This document shows, in pieces, positions 1-9,076 of a DNA stretch of 64,000 bases; position 1 is the first letter of the stretch; the number at the start of each line of letters is the position of its first letter. The notes below the pieces were generated by a model. The model searched no databases and was not told the DNA's origin. It saw only the letters and a list, made by a program, of their open reading frames with translations. The position numbers and the translations under genes are program-made. This stretch comes from a virus (lineage: Duplodnaviria; Caudoviricetes), in IMG/VR virus record IMGVR_UViG_3300032226_000905, positions 1-64,000 of that record; one strand, given 5' to 3'.

Positions 1-355
1 AACCAGCATGCCATAGGCCGTGTGTAGTTACCGGAATACCCAGCAACTCACTCATGTACTTTAAGTTTATGATACCAGGATGCCAAGCATCAGTAAAGAT
101 AAAGTGATCGCCGGGATGAACGGATCCGTTACAAAATAAACGACCCATCTGTTCAACTTGGTTAGCCTTGTAGATATTAGTACCACCAAAATTGAGGAAA
201 GCACCTGGAGTGGTAGCACGAGGAATATCCTCAGGGCCAGATATAACTTGAACATTATGTCCTCTCTTTCGTAACAAGTCAGGCAAGTGGATTTTCCACT
301 CGCCCGTGTACCTTGTTTCTACAGCTTCGAGATCAACGAGAAAAACGCGACTCAT
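1..355 (-). CDS. Glycosyltransferase (GT-B-like), truncated by window start
   Basis: Not in ORF track; manually translated from ATG at 355: MSRVFLVDLEAVETRYTGEWKIHLP...GAFLNFGGTNIYK...FIFTDAWHPG...GLWHAG, open to position 1; resembles a phage glycosyltransferase family recalled from large T4-like phages. Confidence 0.6.
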   Translation of the reverse strand, partial: MSRVFLVDLEAVETRYTGEWKIHLPDLLRKRGHNVQVISGPEDIPRATTPGAFLNFGGTNIYKANQVEQMGRLFCNGSVHPGDHFIFTDAWHPGIINLKYMSELLGIPVTTHGLWHAG

Positions 356-593
356 TATTGTATCTTGGTTTATTATTATCCCAACGGGGCTTATTGCCCA
401 TGTATGGACGACGAGGACGCTTACTTGCCAGATAAGATTGATAGTTCACAGAATCTTTACGATAAAGATCTGCAGGATTAAAATCGCAGAGTTCAAAACG
501 ACACCAGTCGTGATAGGCTTCGAGATCGTCGAACACCCGGACAACGTCTGGCCGATTTTCAAAATATGCATAGTCCTTGTAATTACGAGCCAT
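333..593 (-). CDS. Hypothetical protein
   Basis: 86-aa ORF in operon, stop overlaps start of downstream gene. Confidence 0.6.
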   Translation of the reverse strand: MARNYKDYAYFENRPDVVRVFDDLEAYHDWCRFELCDFNPADLYRKDSVNYQSYLASKRPRRPYMGNKPRWDNNKPRYNNESRFSR

Positions 594-614
594 GATAGCT
601 TTCTTCCTTATAGA

Positions 615-1010
615 TTAGTACTTGATGAATGAACCATTTTCTCCGTCTTCGGAGACCTCAATCCAAACCTCACGGTTGGGATACTTTGCTTTGATAGTGT
701 CGTGAAGTTCATCAGACATCATCTCGCAACTTTTATAATCAAGACTTAGAACTGAACCTTGACCATTATACAACGTTTCAAGCCATCGCTTGAATTGGAT
801 GAATTCGATGTCCCTATCATTGTGTTGCACAGAGATCCACACCCTGAAATGAAAGATGTGGCGATGAGGATACCCCAAAAACGATACGTCATATTCGTCT
901 CCTGTAGCTAGATTTGAATCTGTTAGAGCTGCAGGATATTTATGTATACCTTCTTTTCTGAAAGTAACCCAGATCATCTTAGTCGGGCGGATATCTTGTC
1001 TAATGATCAT
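615..1010 (-). CDS. QueD-like T-fold protein, candidate DpdL-type (CDG decarboxylase)
   Basis: LGYPHRHIF (LxxxHRHxF) metal motif in place of QueD CxxxHGH, DIEFIQFKRWL and SCEMM...VSEDGENG T-fold-like segments; located in dpdA cluster. Confidence 0.6.
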   Translation of the reverse strand: MIIRQDIRPTKMIWVTFRKEGIHKYPAALTDSNLATGDEYDVSFLGYPHRHIFHFRVWISVQHNDRDIEFIQFKRWLETLYNGQGSVLSLDYKSCEMMSDELHDTIKAKYPNREVWIEVSEDGENGSFIKY

Positions 1011-1234
1011 ATAGACAACAATCCTTTACACAGGACTTGAATTTCATCTCTGGTCATATGAAAATTATATGTACTATAGCTAGCAACTTCTCCCTTTTCG
1101 TCTAGAGATTCTTGTATAAAATCTATAGCCATCAAACCTTCGGGTTTCATACACTCCCAAGATTCCACACGAACTCTAAATGCAGAAGTTTCTTTAACTG
1201 TAATGTTTTTAATATTTAAACTAGGATGTTTCAT
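1007..1234 (-). CDS. Hypothetical protein
   Basis: 75-aa ORF with overlapping start/stop coupling. Confidence 0.6.
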   Translation of the reverse strand: MKHPSLNIKNITVKETSAFRVRVESWECMKPEGLMAIDFIQESLDEKGEVASYSTYNFHMTRDEIQVLCKGLLSI

Positions 1235-1575
1235 CTCTTTAATGCCTCCATCATAACAATTTTAGCTAATGCATCACCTAGATCTTGATCTTCAGTGATA
1301 ACGTGCATACTATTAAAGTTTCGATCTTTATGACTATCGTAACTACGAGTTTCTACAACATATCCACCACTTGCTTTATAAATCTGAAGACGCATACCAT
1401 CACTAGATAGTCTGTCTGATTCTACAATCTGCGGAATATCTTCTTCACAATCGTCACTGTTTAACCAGTTACGAACACGCTGTTTGAATGATAGTTTCAC
1501 TTTTTTTACCTTTCTTATTCTTCGCTGTTTATTTGCTGAGGTAATAGTAGCGATTGCCTGTCCATAATTACTCAT
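1231..1575 (-). CDS. Hypothetical protein
   Basis: Start reassigned to ATG 1575 (MSNYGQ), which overlaps the upstream TGA. Confidence 0.6.
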   Translation of the reverse strand: MSNYGQAIATITSANKQRRIRKVKKVKLSFKQRVRNWLNSDDCEEDIPQIVESDRLSSDGMRLQIYKASGGYVVETRSYDSHKDRNFNSMHVITEDQDLGDALAKIVMMEALKR

Positions 1576-2105
1576 TTGAGTATCTCGTCTTTGCCATATT
1601 GATCCCAATCAGTGAAGCGATCTCTTCCTAACAGGTCCTGTAGGTTATGACACCAAACCCCAGAATTAGTTGCTGCAAAATCTTTATCGTCGATTTTTAA
1701 TGTAGCATTGTAGCCTAGCTGTTGTATATAAGGTAATTTTACACTAATTTGCGGAATAAATCTACGCTTTTCGGTAAGACCGCTCTCTAGCAATCCTTCC
1801 GTTTCTGATACATCAAAGTCTAAGGTACACCACAATTCATCTTCAGCATCGAGACAGACATAGATCATGTTTTCCCACGGACGCCAAGTTTCAATATCAT
1901 TGATACCGTTTGTTTTAAAACTTTGATTAGCACCAAAGTAAATATGCCGACAATTATTATTGCGAGCGAGCTCAAGAATAACATAGGGATCATGAACACC
2001 AACAACAAAAAGTGTCCGAAGCCCAAATGCTGGTGTCTTTTCAATTTCTATCCCTGTAAAGAATGTGATGTTGTTTGCTTTACCTGATTCATAATTTCTT
2101 TGCAT
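1572..2105 (-). CDS. Conserved dpdA-cluster protein, possible modification enzyme (DpdM-like?)
   Basis: FFTGIEIEKTPAFGLRTLFVVG and HIYFGANQSF motifs; position in dpdA operon; the family assignment is a weak recollection only. Confidence 0.35.
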   Translation of the reverse strand: MQRNYESGKANNITFFTGIEIEKTPAFGLRTLFVVGVHDPYVILELARNNNCRHIYFGANQSFKTNGINDIETWRPWENMIYVCLDAEDELWCTLDFDVSETEGLLESGLTEKRRFIPQISVKLPYIQQLGYNATLKIDDKDFAATNSGVWCHNLQDLLGRDRFTDWDQYGKDEILK

Positions 2106-2314
2106 TACCATGTACTCATGTCAGTAATATCCACGGTAGTATCTACATCCTTGTCCGTGTCATTAAAAAGGTTAAATTTAACAGTCACCGCAGGTCCGAT
2201 ACCGTTGCTGTTGTTTGATTCTAAAGTAAACCACTCTACTTCTTTAAAGTGAATAACTATTTTAGCAAGTTTTTCAACTTGAGTACGATTGAGAACAAAA
2301 GTATTTGTTGACAT
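2105..2314 (-). CDS. Hypothetical protein
   Basis: 69-aa ORF, translationally coupled. Confidence 0.55.
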   Translation of the reverse strand: MSTNTFVLNRTQVEKLAKIVIHFKEVEWFTLESNNSNGIGPAVTVKFNLFNDTDKDVDTTVDITDMSTW

Positions 2315-2321
2315 TGTGTGC

Positions 2322-2498
2322 CTATGTGTGAAGTTGTTTGTGCTTTAGTATAGCAATTTCGTCTTTTAAATGCAACCTCTGTTTCTTCAATTCTTCAAGT
2401 TTTAAGTCCTCGAACAGGCCATTTTTTTCCAAATTATCTATCTGTTTATCCAAAGCACGATGTGCTTCTTCCAAATGCTTGATTCGATTTTCGTACAT
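2322..2498 (-). CDS. DUF465/YdcH-like small coiled-coil protein
   Basis: Not in ORF track; MYENRIKHLEEAHRALDKQIDNLEKNGLFEDLKLEELKKQRLHLKDEIAILKHKQLHT with H-x-x-LD and LKK-x-x-L-x-LKDEI pattern; AAGGAG SD upstream. Confidence 0.7.
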   Translation of the reverse strand: MYENRIKHLEEAHRALDKQIDNLEKNGLFEDLKLEELKKQRLHLKDEIAILKHKQLHT

Positions 2499-2507
2499 AA
2501 AAACTCC

Positions 2508-4046
2508 TTATTCAACTTTGAGATTGTCTAGAGATTCATCTTCCCGGTCGTCTTGCCATGAAGTTTCATCTTCTTCTTCCTCATAGAACAGAGTATTGGC
2601 GATGTTTGTTACACCTCCACGTAATCTTGCTCCTTCGAGATTTTGTAAAAAACCAAGTCGTTCTGCTTCAGTGATCATTTCAAAAGCCTCGTCTTTGGTT
2701 TTCGAGTTAAACAGTTCTTCAACAAATCGATTGAAATAAAGAATATTGCGTGGAACCCATTCGCTCATTTCGTCGGATTTATCAGCATCTTTGACCTTGC
2801 GCCAACGTCTCCAATCTGGACGATGTTTGGCATATTCGATATCCATTAGATTATTAGAACGCTGTACTGCACGGATATGACATTCCACATTATGCCCCAT
2901 CATTAGAGCATAAGCAAAACTGTCCCACGATGTTTTACCTTCTTTGCCAATCTTGTTTAGCATTCCTGGTGCATAGTGGCATATGTCAGCAATAGACAAG
3001 CGTCGTCCAAAGTCGCTTTCGAACGGGAAAGGAATATCGTGCCGTCCGGCAAGACCCTTATTATCTGGTGCCTTGTCCATGATAACTGAGAATCGTTTAG
3101 AGGTGTGTTGGGCGTTAGTATACACAAGTCCGTGAGCGGTTGCGATAAAAGGTGAGGCACAGTCGAACGATATCGTGAAGTTTTCATTTACATGTTTCCT
3201 TATTTGACGCTGAATGCTGGTTAGGTAACAACTCCAATCTAACTGTGCAGTGCCTAAGAAGTGCATCCAATCCTTGCCTTCTAACATACCATCAAAACGC
3301 ATAGTAACTAACCTGCGTAGTGTAATAGGCATCTTACACATATTAGCACCGCCCATGGCCCAGCCCTCTGCGGCCTTGTCTTCGTAAACGGTGGAGTCAC
3401 TAAATTCTTTTACTCCTTGATACCAAGCTTCAGCATTTTCCCAATTAGATCCTTGTAGAACATTTAAAAATTTAGTTTGACCTAATCTATTTTCTATAAA
3501 ATATTTGTTGTTAAAACGTGTCTTTTCTAGACAGTCTTCGAATGTCTTTAATCCAGTTTTAGGACTATGGATATGATCACAGGCCCATGTCGGAACGTCC
3601 AGCATCATTGACCAATCTGCAGTGAGTTCTAGCCATTCGAGAATTTTCTGTCTTACCTTATTAGCTTCCGCACCTTCAAAGTTTTGCCAGTCAAATTTAA
3701 TAACTCCTTTACCGATTTGATAACCGCCAGAATCACCTAAGATCATTGTTTTAGAACGATCACGATCCTGTATCATCGATTCCTGCACGAGACTTTTTTG
3801 AAGATCTAATTGTGCATGACCCGCTGAATACAAAGCATTTTTATAATAAAAATATCCCTGTTCTGGATTTAAAAAATTCATACCTTCAATACCGCGATCG
3901 AAACCTTTAGGAATACGTTCGTCTGGAATAAATTTTTCTAATCTTTGTTTTGCGATATATGTGCTATAGAAACTACTAATCGCCGGCAAATAGACCGCAT
4001 AGTCTTTCTGTAACGGAGTTAAATCAACTGGCTGTTTGTTCGTCAT
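2508..4046 (-). CDS. dpdA: DNA-guanine transglycosylase (TGT-fold, DpdA; probably DpdA2-like)
   Basis: TGT catalytic motif LGDSGGYQIG, MMLDVP, LNVLQG, GWAMGG, HFLG, SFDCASP in TGT order; 512 aa; next to DNA polymerase. Confidence 0.8.
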   Translation of the reverse strand: MTNKQPVDLTPLQKDYAVYLPAISSFYSTYIAKQRLEKFIPDERIPKGFDRGIEGMNFLNPEQGYFYYKNALYSAGHAQLDLQKSLVQESMIQDRDRSKTMILGDSGGYQIGKGVIKFDWQNFEGAEANKVRQKILEWLELTADWSMMLDVPTWACDHIHSPKTGLKTFEDCLEKTRFNNKYFIENRLGQTKFLNVLQGSNWENAEAWYQGVKEFSDSTVYEDKAAEGWAMGGANMCKMPITLRRLVTMRFDGMLEGKDWMHFLGTAQLDWSCYLTSIQRQIRKHVNENFTISFDCASPFIATAHGLVYTNAQHTSKRFSVIMDKAPDNKGLAGRHDIPFPFESDFGRRLSIADICHYAPGMLNKIGKEGKTSWDSFAYALMMGHNVECHIRAVQRSNNLMDIEYAKHRPDWRRWRKVKDADKSDEMSEWVPRNILYFNRFVEELFNSKTKDEAFEMITEAERLGFLQNLEGARLRGGVTNIANTLFYEEEEDETSWQDDREDESLDNLKVE

Positions 4047-4269
4047 GTGTCAGAGTTCTCTCTTGTATGTTCCAAAAATGTTCAATTGCCTTTTTAGCAG
4101 ATTCATAATTGATGTATTGGCCTAGGTAGCGTTCTTCATTTAGCTCACTGTAAACTCTAGCACCGTAGATATTCGTATGTGCCAGATTATACACCTGACC
4201 GATGATCCTACCATTTTCTTTTTCAAAATAGTAGGACACTTTGTGATCTGCGTCACGCCATTCTTTCAT
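4024..4269 (-). CDS. Hypothetical protein
   Basis: 81-aa ORF between clamp and dpdA. Confidence 0.55.
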   Translation of the reverse strand: MKEWRDADHKVSYYFEKENGRIIGQVYNLAHTNIYGARVYSELNEERYLGQYINYESAKKAIEHFWNIQERTLTHDEQTAS

Positions 4270-4271
4270 AT

Positions 4272-5009
4272 TTAGGCAGCCTGTGCTGGAATAATATATT
4301 TGTAAGTAGCAAGTCCGCTATCTAGTGTAATTTGAATAGCACCTTCATTTGATAACGACATTTTTGTGTTGTTGACATCGGCGATTTTAAGAATGCTCAA
4401 GATTGGTAGTACCGGCCAAGTCCAGCCACGGTCAAGTTTGCCTGCTACATTTTGTGCAAATACAAATTCGCCACCATGTGTCGAAGCATCACCAAAAATA
4501 AACTTTAGATTACCACTGTCTGTTTTAGCAAGAAATGTCGGATGCTCGTTGTTAGCACCGGCCTGGAAATTAAAACGCTGAACAGCGGCTACGGTTGGTT
4601 CAATCTCGACATCCCATTTAACTCCACGAAACTTCACTGTTTTCATCTTTTCGTTGATGATTTCTTGATTCATAAATCGATAATCGTTACGGAAGTCACC
4701 GTCTTTGTTTTCAAAGTGGATACCTACGGGAATAGTTTCGCCATTGCGTTCTGCTGTGGTAATTGAAATTTTTGCATCTTCTTTGTATTCTGCACCATCT
4801 AACAGATATTTTAGTTTATTGAGCTGAGGCATACCGAATACTCCAATCATATCCGAATAAGGATTAGCAGTTTCTGCCTCCATAATCACAGATCGATCAT
4901 CAGCCATTGAATTGATAACTGTGCCTTTTTCTGACCCTGTAACTTTAACCGTTGTTAAAAATCCCAGGTTTTGTGTATGACTTACGATGTCTTGTAAAAT
5001 ATCTTTCAT
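4272..5009 (-). CDS. DNA sliding clamp (gp45/PCNA-like)
   Basis: 245 aa, adjacent to PolB, C-terminal GLATYKYIIP resembles clamp C-terminal strand; PolB ends in clamp-binding-like FNKLFDFE; clamp loader present in window. Confidence 0.6.
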   Translation of the reverse strand: MKDILQDIVSHTQNLGFLTTVKVTGSEKGTVINSMADDRSVIMEAETANPYSDMIGVFGMPQLNKLKYLLDGAEYKEDAKISITTAERNGETIPVGIHFENKDGDFRNDYRFMNQEIINEKMKTVKFRGVKWDVEIEPTVAAVQRFNFQAGANNEHPTFLAKTDSGNLKFIFGDASTHGGEFVFAQNVAGKLDRGWTWPVLPILSILKIADVNNTKMSLSNEGAIQITLDSGLATYKYIIPAQAA

Positions 5010-5034
5010 TTATAGAGTCTCCATGTATAGTAAG

Positions 5035-5063
5035 ATTATATTTAGATCTTGAGAAAAAATCAA
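5035..5063 (-). promoter_or_regulatory. Sigma70-type promoter upstream of clamp gene
   Basis: TTGATT-17 nt-TATAAT. Confidence 0.7.
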
Positions 5064-5071
5064 CCTAGAAA

Positions 5072-7738
5072 TCACTCAAAATCAAACAGTTTGTTGAATG
5101 TATTATCTGACCTTGTTGAACTGATGTCCCATTCCAAAACACCAATTAAATTTTCTAATTTTTCATCGATGACAGTATTTTCCATCTCTGCATCATCGAA
5201 AGGCATGTCCTTGAACCATTGTGGCAATCTAAGTTCGTCTACCGGATAAGCCACTGAAGTATATCCCATTGGGTTATCTTTGAGCTTGCAGACAATAACT
5301 TTGGCTCCATCAACGATCTGCATAGAATACTTGTCATCCATCATTCGTTTTAGTGTATTCCAGTTTAGGCTGGCTCGTACATGACCGGGCATATTAGTTT
5401 TGCCTTGCTTTTTTTCTTTAGCAAGATATTCTGTAATATTATTAGCACGTTTGGGAGAACCCTTTTCCCATCCGGGTCTAGTCTTGAAATCTGTGCGGAA
5501 GTCAGTAATATAATCTAATACTTCTTCTTTGGCCGCACCGTTCAGCACTCGAGTCAATACTTCACTTAGGAAGTCTTGGATAACAACCGGGGTATCTGAC
5601 CTTTTGAGATCCAACCCCATGGCTTTGATTTTTCCTGGGTTACCGTCGATGTCTGATCGTTTTCCTTCTTTGTCGTAGTACAAGACTGCATATCGTTTCT
5701 TAGTAATGAACAGACCTTTCGATGCAACGATTTCACGTCCTGCTTTGATAACTTCTCCTCGACTTTTTGGGCAGTGGAAAGCATCTGACATGAATTTGAT
5801 GAATGTGCCATTTACAGTTTCTCCTATAGTATCGTAGAGTTCAATTACCGATTCTCTGGACCAGGGAATCGTACCTTTCTCAATGTCTTTTTTTAGAGTA
5901 ACATATGCAGAAAAATAACAAGAGTCTGTATCACCGTAGATGATCGCTCGTCCGACATGATCGTATTCGCCCGTGATGATCTCATTGACTTTACCTGCCA
6001 TATGTTTGGCAACTTGCCTGCCAGTTAGTGTAGTCGATTGGCCGATCCTATTATCAAAGAAACGACACCCTGGATTCAAGATAGCACCGTATAAACTGTT
6101 GAGGTTAATCTTTTTGACCAACTGACGCTTATCCCAATATTCTTCTTCGACCTTGTTTCCAGCCTTGATACAATCTTTGAGTTTAGCCTGCATTTCTTTA
6201 CGTTCTTTATACCAACGAGCTAGAAGTCCGGGAATGATTCCTTCTTTTTCATAGGTAAAGATAGTGCCGTTGGCACTTAGCATCCAAGGCTGGTTGCTTT
6301 CGAATATAAGATCGTAGATCTGTGCAGCACTAAGAGTATCGCTGCCGCCATCCTCCCAGTCTATAACAATTTCACGACCTACTTCACGGTTCATAACACT
6401 GGTATATTCTATGCTGCCGAATATACCTTCCCAGGCACCAGCGAAGCTACGTCCCTTTGCCATCTCAGCAGAGATAAAGTCTTTGGTACCGTCTTGTCGA
6501 AGTTGACCTACTATAGTCTCTGGACCCATATTCAAAGCTCGAATTGCCGAAGGATACAGACTGTTGATATCTAGAGAACCAATCCATTCGTGTATTCCTT
6601 TTTTAGGAAATGCAACATACGCACCCGCGGCCGGCTCCGAACCAGGTTCTCTCTGTATTCTATTAGGAACAATCAGCCCTCTACGATGAGCTTCGTTGAT
6701 GATCGCCTGTTCTGTAACAGCCACAGCTCCCATAGTAGTTTGAATCAACACAGTGTTCTCATGAGCAATGGTGTTGGCTAGATCGATAAATTTAAGTTTT
6801 CTATCTAGGTCATCTAACAGCATAGTATCGTTTCTATTATATTCAATGAACTTTTTAAAATCATTGTTGTATAGCTGATCTAATGTGCCTTCGTACTGTG
6901 TCTTTGTTTTACCTAATTCATATTCAGCGATAGCATCTAGTCGATATGTGTGTCTTTCTTCGTAGGTGTATTTTCTATAAAGTTCCAGGCTGTCGATATG
7001 AACACGGCCTATAAGATCATAGGTCACTGCAGTTTTGCCAAATTTTTCATATTCACGCTTTTTGGGAAATTGATTCCAGAGACAGAATCTTCGAGTATCC
7101 TCTTTACTTAGAACTTTAGTAACTCGATTTACAGTGTAAGGAATATCAAAACCTTCTGAGTTCCAACCGCTAAGAACATCGGCATCTTCTATAAGATGCA
7201 GAAATGTATCTAACATGTCTGCTTCATTATCAAATAGTAATGTATTAGGGAATTCTTCTATCTGCTTCTTGGCCTTGTCCATACCGAGTGTTTTGGGAGG
7301 AATAGCGAGACATACAAGACTATCCATCCATTGTAGATGAACAGCGATAGCAGTGATTGGCATAAATGCATCATCGGGTGATGCATACCCACGTTCTGGG
7401 TCGAAGTCTACTTCAATATCGAAAAATGCTATATTGAGTTTTGGAGCATCAACGTTTAGATAATGATCTTCTAGGCAACGGTAAATTGGATTGATATCTG
7501 ATTCATACAGTTTTTTATTTGAATGAATCGCGAGTTCTTTTCGTAGTTCCTTTACATTCTTACAGGTCACACGGGTTAGTGGTTCACCTTTGATTGAATG
7601 AAATTTACCTCGGGGATCTTGATAATAAAAAATATGACGTGCAGGATATTCTTTATAATGTCTCTGACCCTTGTCATCTCGTTCGACAACATTGATCATA
7701 TCCTGATCTCTGTCATAGAAAGCGTCTACATAACTCAA
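5072..7738 (-). CDS. Family B DNA polymerase with 3'-5' exonuclease (gp43-like), TTG start
   Basis: ExoI FDIEVD, ExoII GWNSEGFDIPY, ExoIII YNRND; Pol A DINSLYPS, Pol B KINLNSLYG, Pol C YGDTDS. Confidence 0.95.
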   Translation of the reverse strand: MSYVDAFYDRDQDMINVVERDDKGQRHYKEYPARHIFYYQDPRGKFHSIKGEPLTRVTCKNVKELRKELAIHSNKKLYESDINPIYRCLEDHYLNVDAPKLNIAFFDIEVDFDPERGYASPDDAFMPITAIAVHLQWMDSLVCLAIPPKTLGMDKAKKQIEEFPNTLLFDNEADMLDTFLHLIEDADVLSGWNSEGFDIPYTVNRVTKVLSKEDTRRFCLWNQFPKKREYEKFGKTAVTYDLIGRVHIDSLELYRKYTYEERHTYRLDAIAEYELGKTKTQYEGTLDQLYNNDFKKFIEYNRNDTMLLDDLDRKLKFIDLANTIAHENTVLIQTTMGAVAVTEQAIINEAHRRGLIVPNRIQREPGSEPAAGAYVAFPKKGIHEWIGSLDINSLYPSAIRALNMGPETIVGQLRQDGTKDFISAEMAKGRSFAGAWEGIFGSIEYTSVMNREVGREIVIDWEDGGSDTLSAAQIYDLIFESNQPWMLSANGTIFTYEKEGIIPGLLARWYKERKEMQAKLKDCIKAGNKVEEEYWDKRQLVKKINLNSLYGAILNPGCRFFDNRIGQSTTLTGRQVAKHMAGKVNEIITGEYDHVGRAIIYGDTDSCYFSAYVTLKKDIEKGTIPWSRESVIELYDTIGETVNGTFIKFMSDAFHCPKSRGEVIKAGREIVASKGLFITKKRYAVLYYDKEGKRSDIDGNPGKIKAMGLDLKRSDTPVVIQDFLSEVLTRVLNGAAKEEVLDYITDFRTDFKTRPGWEKGSPKRANNITEYLAKEKKQGKTNMPGHVRASLNWNTLKRMMDDKYSMQIVDGAKVIVCKLKDNPMGYTSVAYPVDELRLPQWFKDMPFDDAEMENTVIDEKLENLIGVLEWDISSTRSDNTFNKLFDFE

Positions 7739-7748
7739 ATTTTTCTCC

Positions 7749-7797
7749 TTTGTGATTTATGGCTCACAAATACCTACATTGCGGATTATGGCCTCGC
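7749..7797 (-). promoter_or_regulatory. Twin hairpins in polymerase 5' leader (candidate translational operator)
   Basis: UUUGUGA-GCCAUAAA-UCACAAA abutting AAGGAG SD, and GCGAG-GCCAUAA-UCCGC; both loops carry GCCAUAA. Confidence 0.5.
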
Positions 7798-7814
7798 CTG
7801 CCATCTACATTTAT

Positions 7815-8108
7815 TTAATTACTTAGCATTCTCACTAGACCTACACTGTCGATAGTGACTAACAAGAGGTAGTTAGCAAGCATGCCAAACGATTTCCTAG
7901 TATAAGCAGCCCAAGCATACATAGCGCAACCAGAGATCCAAATAGGGTACAACGCAAGTAGAGGCGGGTTTGGGACTGTGGCTGCCATAGTAATACTGCA
8001 CCCAATACTGATAGCCCAAGCAAGTAACTCAACAATAAAACGGAAACGATTACTGCGCCAATCATTTTGTATCCAATTTATAGTAGGTCGAAATATGTCA
8101 TTTATCAT
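7815..8108 (-). CDS. Small membrane protein
   Basis: Three hydrophobic segments in 97 aa. Confidence 0.6.
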   Translation of the reverse strand: MINDIFRPTINWIQNDWRSNRFRFIVELLAWAISIGCSITMAATVPNPPLLALYPIWISGCAMYAWAAYTRKSFGMLANYLLLVTIDSVGLVRMLSN

Positions 8109-8375
8109 TTAGTCCTTTTCAGGAAGATTTTTGGTAACACCTAAGATACCTTCAATTTCTTCCCATTCAGCCTCATGCTCTTTCCAATTATCTTTATGAG
8201 CAATTTTAATAGCTTTGTTGATCCAGCTGGGTTTGATCTGCAGTTCTTCTGCTACTGCTTTTACAGTTTCTTTTAGACCTTCTTGGAGATCCTCAACTTC
8301 GCGCAATACATTTGAGCCCTCGTTGATAAGACGTTCGAGTTTAGCTTTTTCTTCGGGACCGTACATTTTTGCCAT
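8109..8375 (-). CDS. dsbA: T4 DsbA-like dsDNA-binding protein
   Basis: Helical 88 aa with AEELQIKPSWINKAIKIAHKDNW...EE.E matching the T4 DsbA pattern (ELG...N...HKDN...EE). Confidence 0.7.
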   Translation of the reverse strand: MAKMYGPEEKAKLERLINEGSNVLREVEDLQEGLKETVKAVAEELQIKPSWINKAIKIAHKDNWKEHEAEWEEIEGILGVTKNLPEKD

Positions 8376-8386
8376 GATTTTTTCCT

Positions 8387-9007
8387 TTAATTTGTTGTAT
8401 AGTTAAAATTACCTGATACTGAGATACGGTAATCGTCTGAAGTGTAAAACGGATATACAGCATGCATTAAACTAGCCGGGAACATCAGCATAGTTCCTTC
8501 CATCTCCTGATCACAGGCTACTAGTAAACTTTTAATCTGACCCAACGTATCTGTATATAAGAATTCAAAATGTCCCGGAACATTGGTGTTACTGTCTTTT
8601 CCGGGTCCTAGATTTTTTTCTTCTTTAGCTGAATACGGAATCTTTAACCAAATAACAAATGATAATATTCCAGCGTGACTATGAGTGGGATTGAACTCAT
8701 GTTTAGTTTGAAAGTTTACCCAACTATAATCTAAACAGAGCTTTGAATTCGATTCTTTTTTATAGTTGTTACGATCTATAAAGTCTTGAGCATCTAGTAA
8801 CAACAAATTTTCAAGGTAGGTTAGATTATTGATTAAAAGAAATTCTTTTTTGATATTACCTGCGAGATCTTGATTAAATTTTTCAGCAGAATCAAAATTG
8901 CCTTTTATCTGAGAGATTTCTTCCCAGATAGGAGATAACTCTTCGGCAGTTAGTTGCCTAGTGAGGTAACCGATGTTCGGGAACGTTCTGTGTACACGCT
9001 GCGTCAT
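8387..9007 (-). CDS. Putative 2OG-Fe(II) oxygenase
   Basis: WVNFQ..HEFNPTHSH, FPASLMHAVYPF, RISVSGN motifs. Confidence 0.8.
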   Translation of the reverse strand: MTQRVHRTFPNIGYLTRQLTAEELSPIWEEISQIKGNFDSAEKFNQDLAGNIKKEFLLINNLTYLENLLLLDAQDFIDRNNYKKESNSKLCLDYSWVNFQTKHEFNPTHSHAGILSFVIWLKIPYSAKEEKNLGPGKDSNTNVPGHFEFLYTDTLGQIKSLLVACDQEMEGTMLMFPASLMHAVYPFYTSDDYRISVSGNFNYTTN

Positions 9008-9013
9008 ATGACT

Positions 9014-9042
9014 ATTATATAGTCATAAAAAAAGCCGGTCAA
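9014..9042 (-). promoter_or_regulatory. Sigma70-type promoter, leaderless start of oxygenase gene
   Basis: TTGACC-17-TATAAT-6 nt-ATG; -10 lies inside palindrome ATGACTAT-TAT-ATAGTCAT (9008-9026). Confidence 0.7.
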
Positions 9043-9057
9043 TGAATAACCGGCTTT
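9027..9057 (-). terminator. Intrinsic terminator
   Basis: AAAGCCGGT/ACCGGCTTT stem followed by T-tract on minus strand after 9077. Confidence 0.75.
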
Positions 9058-9076
9058 ATTTTACCAAAAGGTAAAA

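Noticed and set aside
67-255. 62-aa ORF from the track
   Set aside because: Alternative frame inside the longer glycosyltransferase ORF (355 to window start)
5072-7738. Intein, intron or split in the polymerase
   Set aside because: Single 888-aa ORF with all motifs at normal spacing
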